Of a stretch of DNA of 17,346 nucleotides, positions 15,436 to 17,346 are shown piece by piece. Origin of the DNA: Pseudobdellovibrionaceae bacterium (GTDB lineage Bacteria > Bdellovibrionota > Bdellovibrionia > Bdellovibrionales > Bdellovibrionaceae). The position numbers and the translations under genes are program-made. How positions within the stretch are numbered: the stretch's first letter is position 1; every line of letters begins with the position of its first letter. The notes under the pieces were generated by a model. The model was given only the letters and a program-made list of their open reading frames with translations, was not told the DNA's origin and ran no database searches. The DNA lies in contig JBGGMM010000180.1 in NCBI GenBank assembly GCA_041288045.1, forward strand, positions 1-17,346, given 5' to 3'.

Positions 15436-15458
15436 CTTTGGTCCTGAAAAGCCGAAGA
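15432..15458 (+). promoter_or_regulatory. Putative sigma28 (FliA) promoter of the PilZ gene
   Basis: TTAA-N15-GCCGAAGA compared with the consensus TAAA-N15-GCCGATAA, about 20 nt before ATG 15478. Confidence 0.45.
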
Positions 15459-15477
15459 GTTGAGAGTGAGGTGAAAT

Positions 15478-15861
15478 ATGCAGGCCAATCGAAGAGTCGC
15501 ACCGCGAAGAGATATCACTCCGTTAGAGGTTTCATCCGTATCTTCGCTTGAAAATTTAGCTAAGATCGCCAAACAGGGCGAAATCGTCGAAGCATCTATC
15601 ACGGGATTTCTTTTGATCGTGAAGCGCGAGGATTTAATCCCTGCAGCTCTCAGGAAAAACCTGACTTTGGAATCACTGCATGGCTCAAAAGTGCTTTTGC
15701 ACTTGCCGCAAATGAACATTGAAATTTCTGGTCGAATCGCCCGCACCAAGCTGATGGGAAAACAAGGCTTTGAAATCGGTATTGATTATACCGACGATGC
15801 TCCAGAGTACTGGAGAGAGTGCTTGGTGGATTTGTTGCCAGCTCCTGGCGAATTTGACTAA
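15478..15861 (+). CDS. Stand-alone PilZ-domain protein
   Basis: N-terminal RRVAPR (RxxxR), E-A-S-I-T-G (D/NxSxxG variant) and beta-strands ending EIGIDY. GAGGTG Shine-Dalgarno. Confidence 0.75.
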   Translation: MQANRRVAPRRDITPLEVSSVSSLENLAKIAKQGEIVEASITGFLLIVKREDLIPAALRKNLTLESLHGSKVLLHLPQMNIEISGRIARTKLMGKQGFEIGIDYTDDAPEYWRECLVDLLPAPGEFD

Positions 15862-16493
15862 AGATCCGAAAATGGCGGAAGTCCCTCTTCGCTGATCAGC
15901 ATCAGTGAATAATGAGGGGGCAAAAACCAGCTGATGGCCTCTGCAATTCCTTGATGCTCTTGATCCGGCGGCTTGCCGAGAGATTCCAAAGACAAAGCCA
16001 AATCATAATTCACACCATCTGTGCTTATCACTAAAATCTGGGGTTTTAAAATCCCCTGATCGCGGAAAAAATCACGCAAAATTTTTCGCACATATCCAGG
16101 CAAAAATTCTTCAGTTGGCGGACCTGCATGAACCAGTTTGGATGTTTCAAATTGCACAGCGCCAATCGGTCTTTCAGCAATGGGCTTATAAAAAAAACCG
16201 CTCTCGCGAAAGGACCACAGCATCCCATAGGAAAAAACGTAGTCGGGATATTCTTTCATTGGATTGATCGCAAGCCCAATCCCCCGTTCGGAAAGCCAAG
16301 CGATGAGCTTTTGCGTTGATTCCGTGGCCTCTTCGCTAGTTTCAGTCAAAAGATAAGGCCAATTGTCTGGACCTGTCTGCGGCTCTGGCGAAATCAGCTT
16401 CAATTTGCCTTCTGTTAAGGCATGGAAAAATTGATTTTCCCAATCTTGGGTGCGTTGCTCATCAGACATTTGAACAAGTTCATGTAAATTCAT
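15858..16493 (-). CDS. Hypothetical protein (211 aa)
   Basis: ATG at 16493 (MNLHELVQMSDEQR...) follows AAGAAGG. The track's longer 16757 start would run antisense over the hydrolase gene. Protein-like motifs GPDNWPY, PDYVFSYGMLW and WFLPPHY. Confidence 0.75.
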   Translation of the reverse strand: MNLHELVQMSDEQRTQDWENQFFHALTEGKLKLISPEPQTGPDNWPYLLTETSEEATESTQKLIAWLSERGIGLAINPMKEYPDYVFSYGMLWSFRESGFFYKPIAERPIGAVQFETSKLVHAGPPTEEFLPGYVRKILRDFFRDQGILKPQILVISTDGVNYDLALSLESLGKPPDQEHQGIAEAISWFLPPHYSLMLISEEGLPPFSDL

Positions 16494-16559
16494 AGAGACC
16501 TTCTTTAACACTTGGACAGATCTTGCAGTCAACCTGACTTTTTGAGAATGTAAGGATCC

Positions 16560-17346
16560 ATGTTCAAAAGATCCGAATCCTTCTTTACGGGGAATCATAA
16601 AACTCGCCTTTTTTACCAGATTTGGGAGCCTTCCCAAGTCAAAGGCCATTTGGTGATCACTCATGGCCAAGCTGAGCACTCTGGCAGTTATCAGCGGTTG
16701 GTTGAGGGCCTCAAAGAGCTTTCTTACTCGATCTATGCTTGGGATTTGCGGGGTCACGGCAGATCCGACGGACAGCGTGGCTTTGTGAAATCATTTTCAG
16801 AGTACGTCAAAGATTTTGAGCTCTTTTTGCAGCACCTGCGAGACGAGAGAAATCTCTATCCCAAAGATCTTGTGTTGCTGGGTCATTCCATGGGTGGATT
16901 GATTCAATTGAAAATGCTGCATGATAATCCCCATTGGGATTTCAAAGCTCAGATTCTCAGCAGTCCTATGCTTGGCGTCGCTGTTGAAGTGCCCTTTTAT
17001 AAAGATCTGGCAGCTCTGTTGTTTTCAAAAATTCTTCCGACTTTGACCCTTGGAAATGAAATTCGCTACGAAGATTTGAGCCGCGACCCCGAAGTTCTTC
17101 GCGAATATGAATCGGATTTTCTTCGTCATGATCGGATTTCTGCCGGCGCCTATTTAGGAGCCCTTTCCGCCATCGAGACCCTGCGAAGCGAAAACGGAAA
17201 AATCAAAACCCCGACACTTTGGGAAATCCCAGCCAATGATCCTGTCGTGGGCTCAGAAAGCAGCCAAAAGCTCTTTCAAATGCTAGGCTCTGGCATCAAA
17301 TTCTTGAAAATTTACCCAGACCGTAAACACGAAATCTACAACGATC
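16560..17346 (+). CDS. Alpha/beta hydrolase, lysophospholipase/monoacylglycerol lipase type; 3' end truncated by the window
   Basis: Not in the ORF track because it has no stop in the window. ATG at 16560 follows AAGGA. Translation by hand gives HGQAEHSGSY, WDLRGHGRSDGQRG, GHSMGG (nucleophile elbow), DPVV and KHEIYND at the window end. Confidence 0.92.
   Translation, partial: MFKRSESFFTGNHKTRLFYQIWEPSQVKGHLVITHGQAEHSGSYQRLVEGLKELSYSIYAWDLRGHGRSDGQRGFVKSFSEYVKDFELFLQHLRDERNLYPKDLVLLGHSMGGLIQLKMLHDNPHWDFKAQILSSPMLGVAVEVPFYKDLAALLFSKILPTLTLGNEIRYEDLSRDPEVLREYESDFLRHDRISAGAYLGALSAIETLRSENGKIKTPTLWEIPANDPVVGSESSQKLFQMLGSGIKFLKIYPDRKHEIYND

Noticed and set aside
16494..16757. N-terminal extension of ORF 15858-16757
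   Set aside because: It is largely antisense to the hydrolase gene starting at 16560. ATG 16493 gives a normal divergent arrangement.

Overview
Chromosomal window that most likely comes from a Bdellovibrionota (Bdellovibrio-like) predator. This is inferred from the tmRNA tag GNDYALAA, the dnaX-ybaB-recR-mglA order without mglB, MglA Ser21, a TIGR02147-type gene and a 'YQNC'-type lipoprotein signal. Core content: ssrA (tmRNA), an M48/YgjP peptidase head-to-head with an SrkA/RdoA kinase, ffs (SRP RNA)-dnaX-ybaB-recR-mglA, nadA-PPTase-PilZ, and a lysophospholipase-type hydrolase cut off by the right edge. Several secreted or lipoprotein hypotheticals lie between these genes. Three minus-strand genes are each preceded by a matching sigma54-type promoter. 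The least explained signal is non-coding. A 90-bp structured element occurs twice, 7 kb apart (6212-6301 and 13168-13257; 73/90 identical, with stem pairing preserved). The first copy sits in a TA-flanked, inverted-repeat-bounded hairpin cluster. A local strand-asymmetric shift in synonymous codon usage is seen near these sites. No transposase, integrase, CRISPR array or recognisable defence gene is visible. All calls come from reading the sequence by eye, with no database searches.
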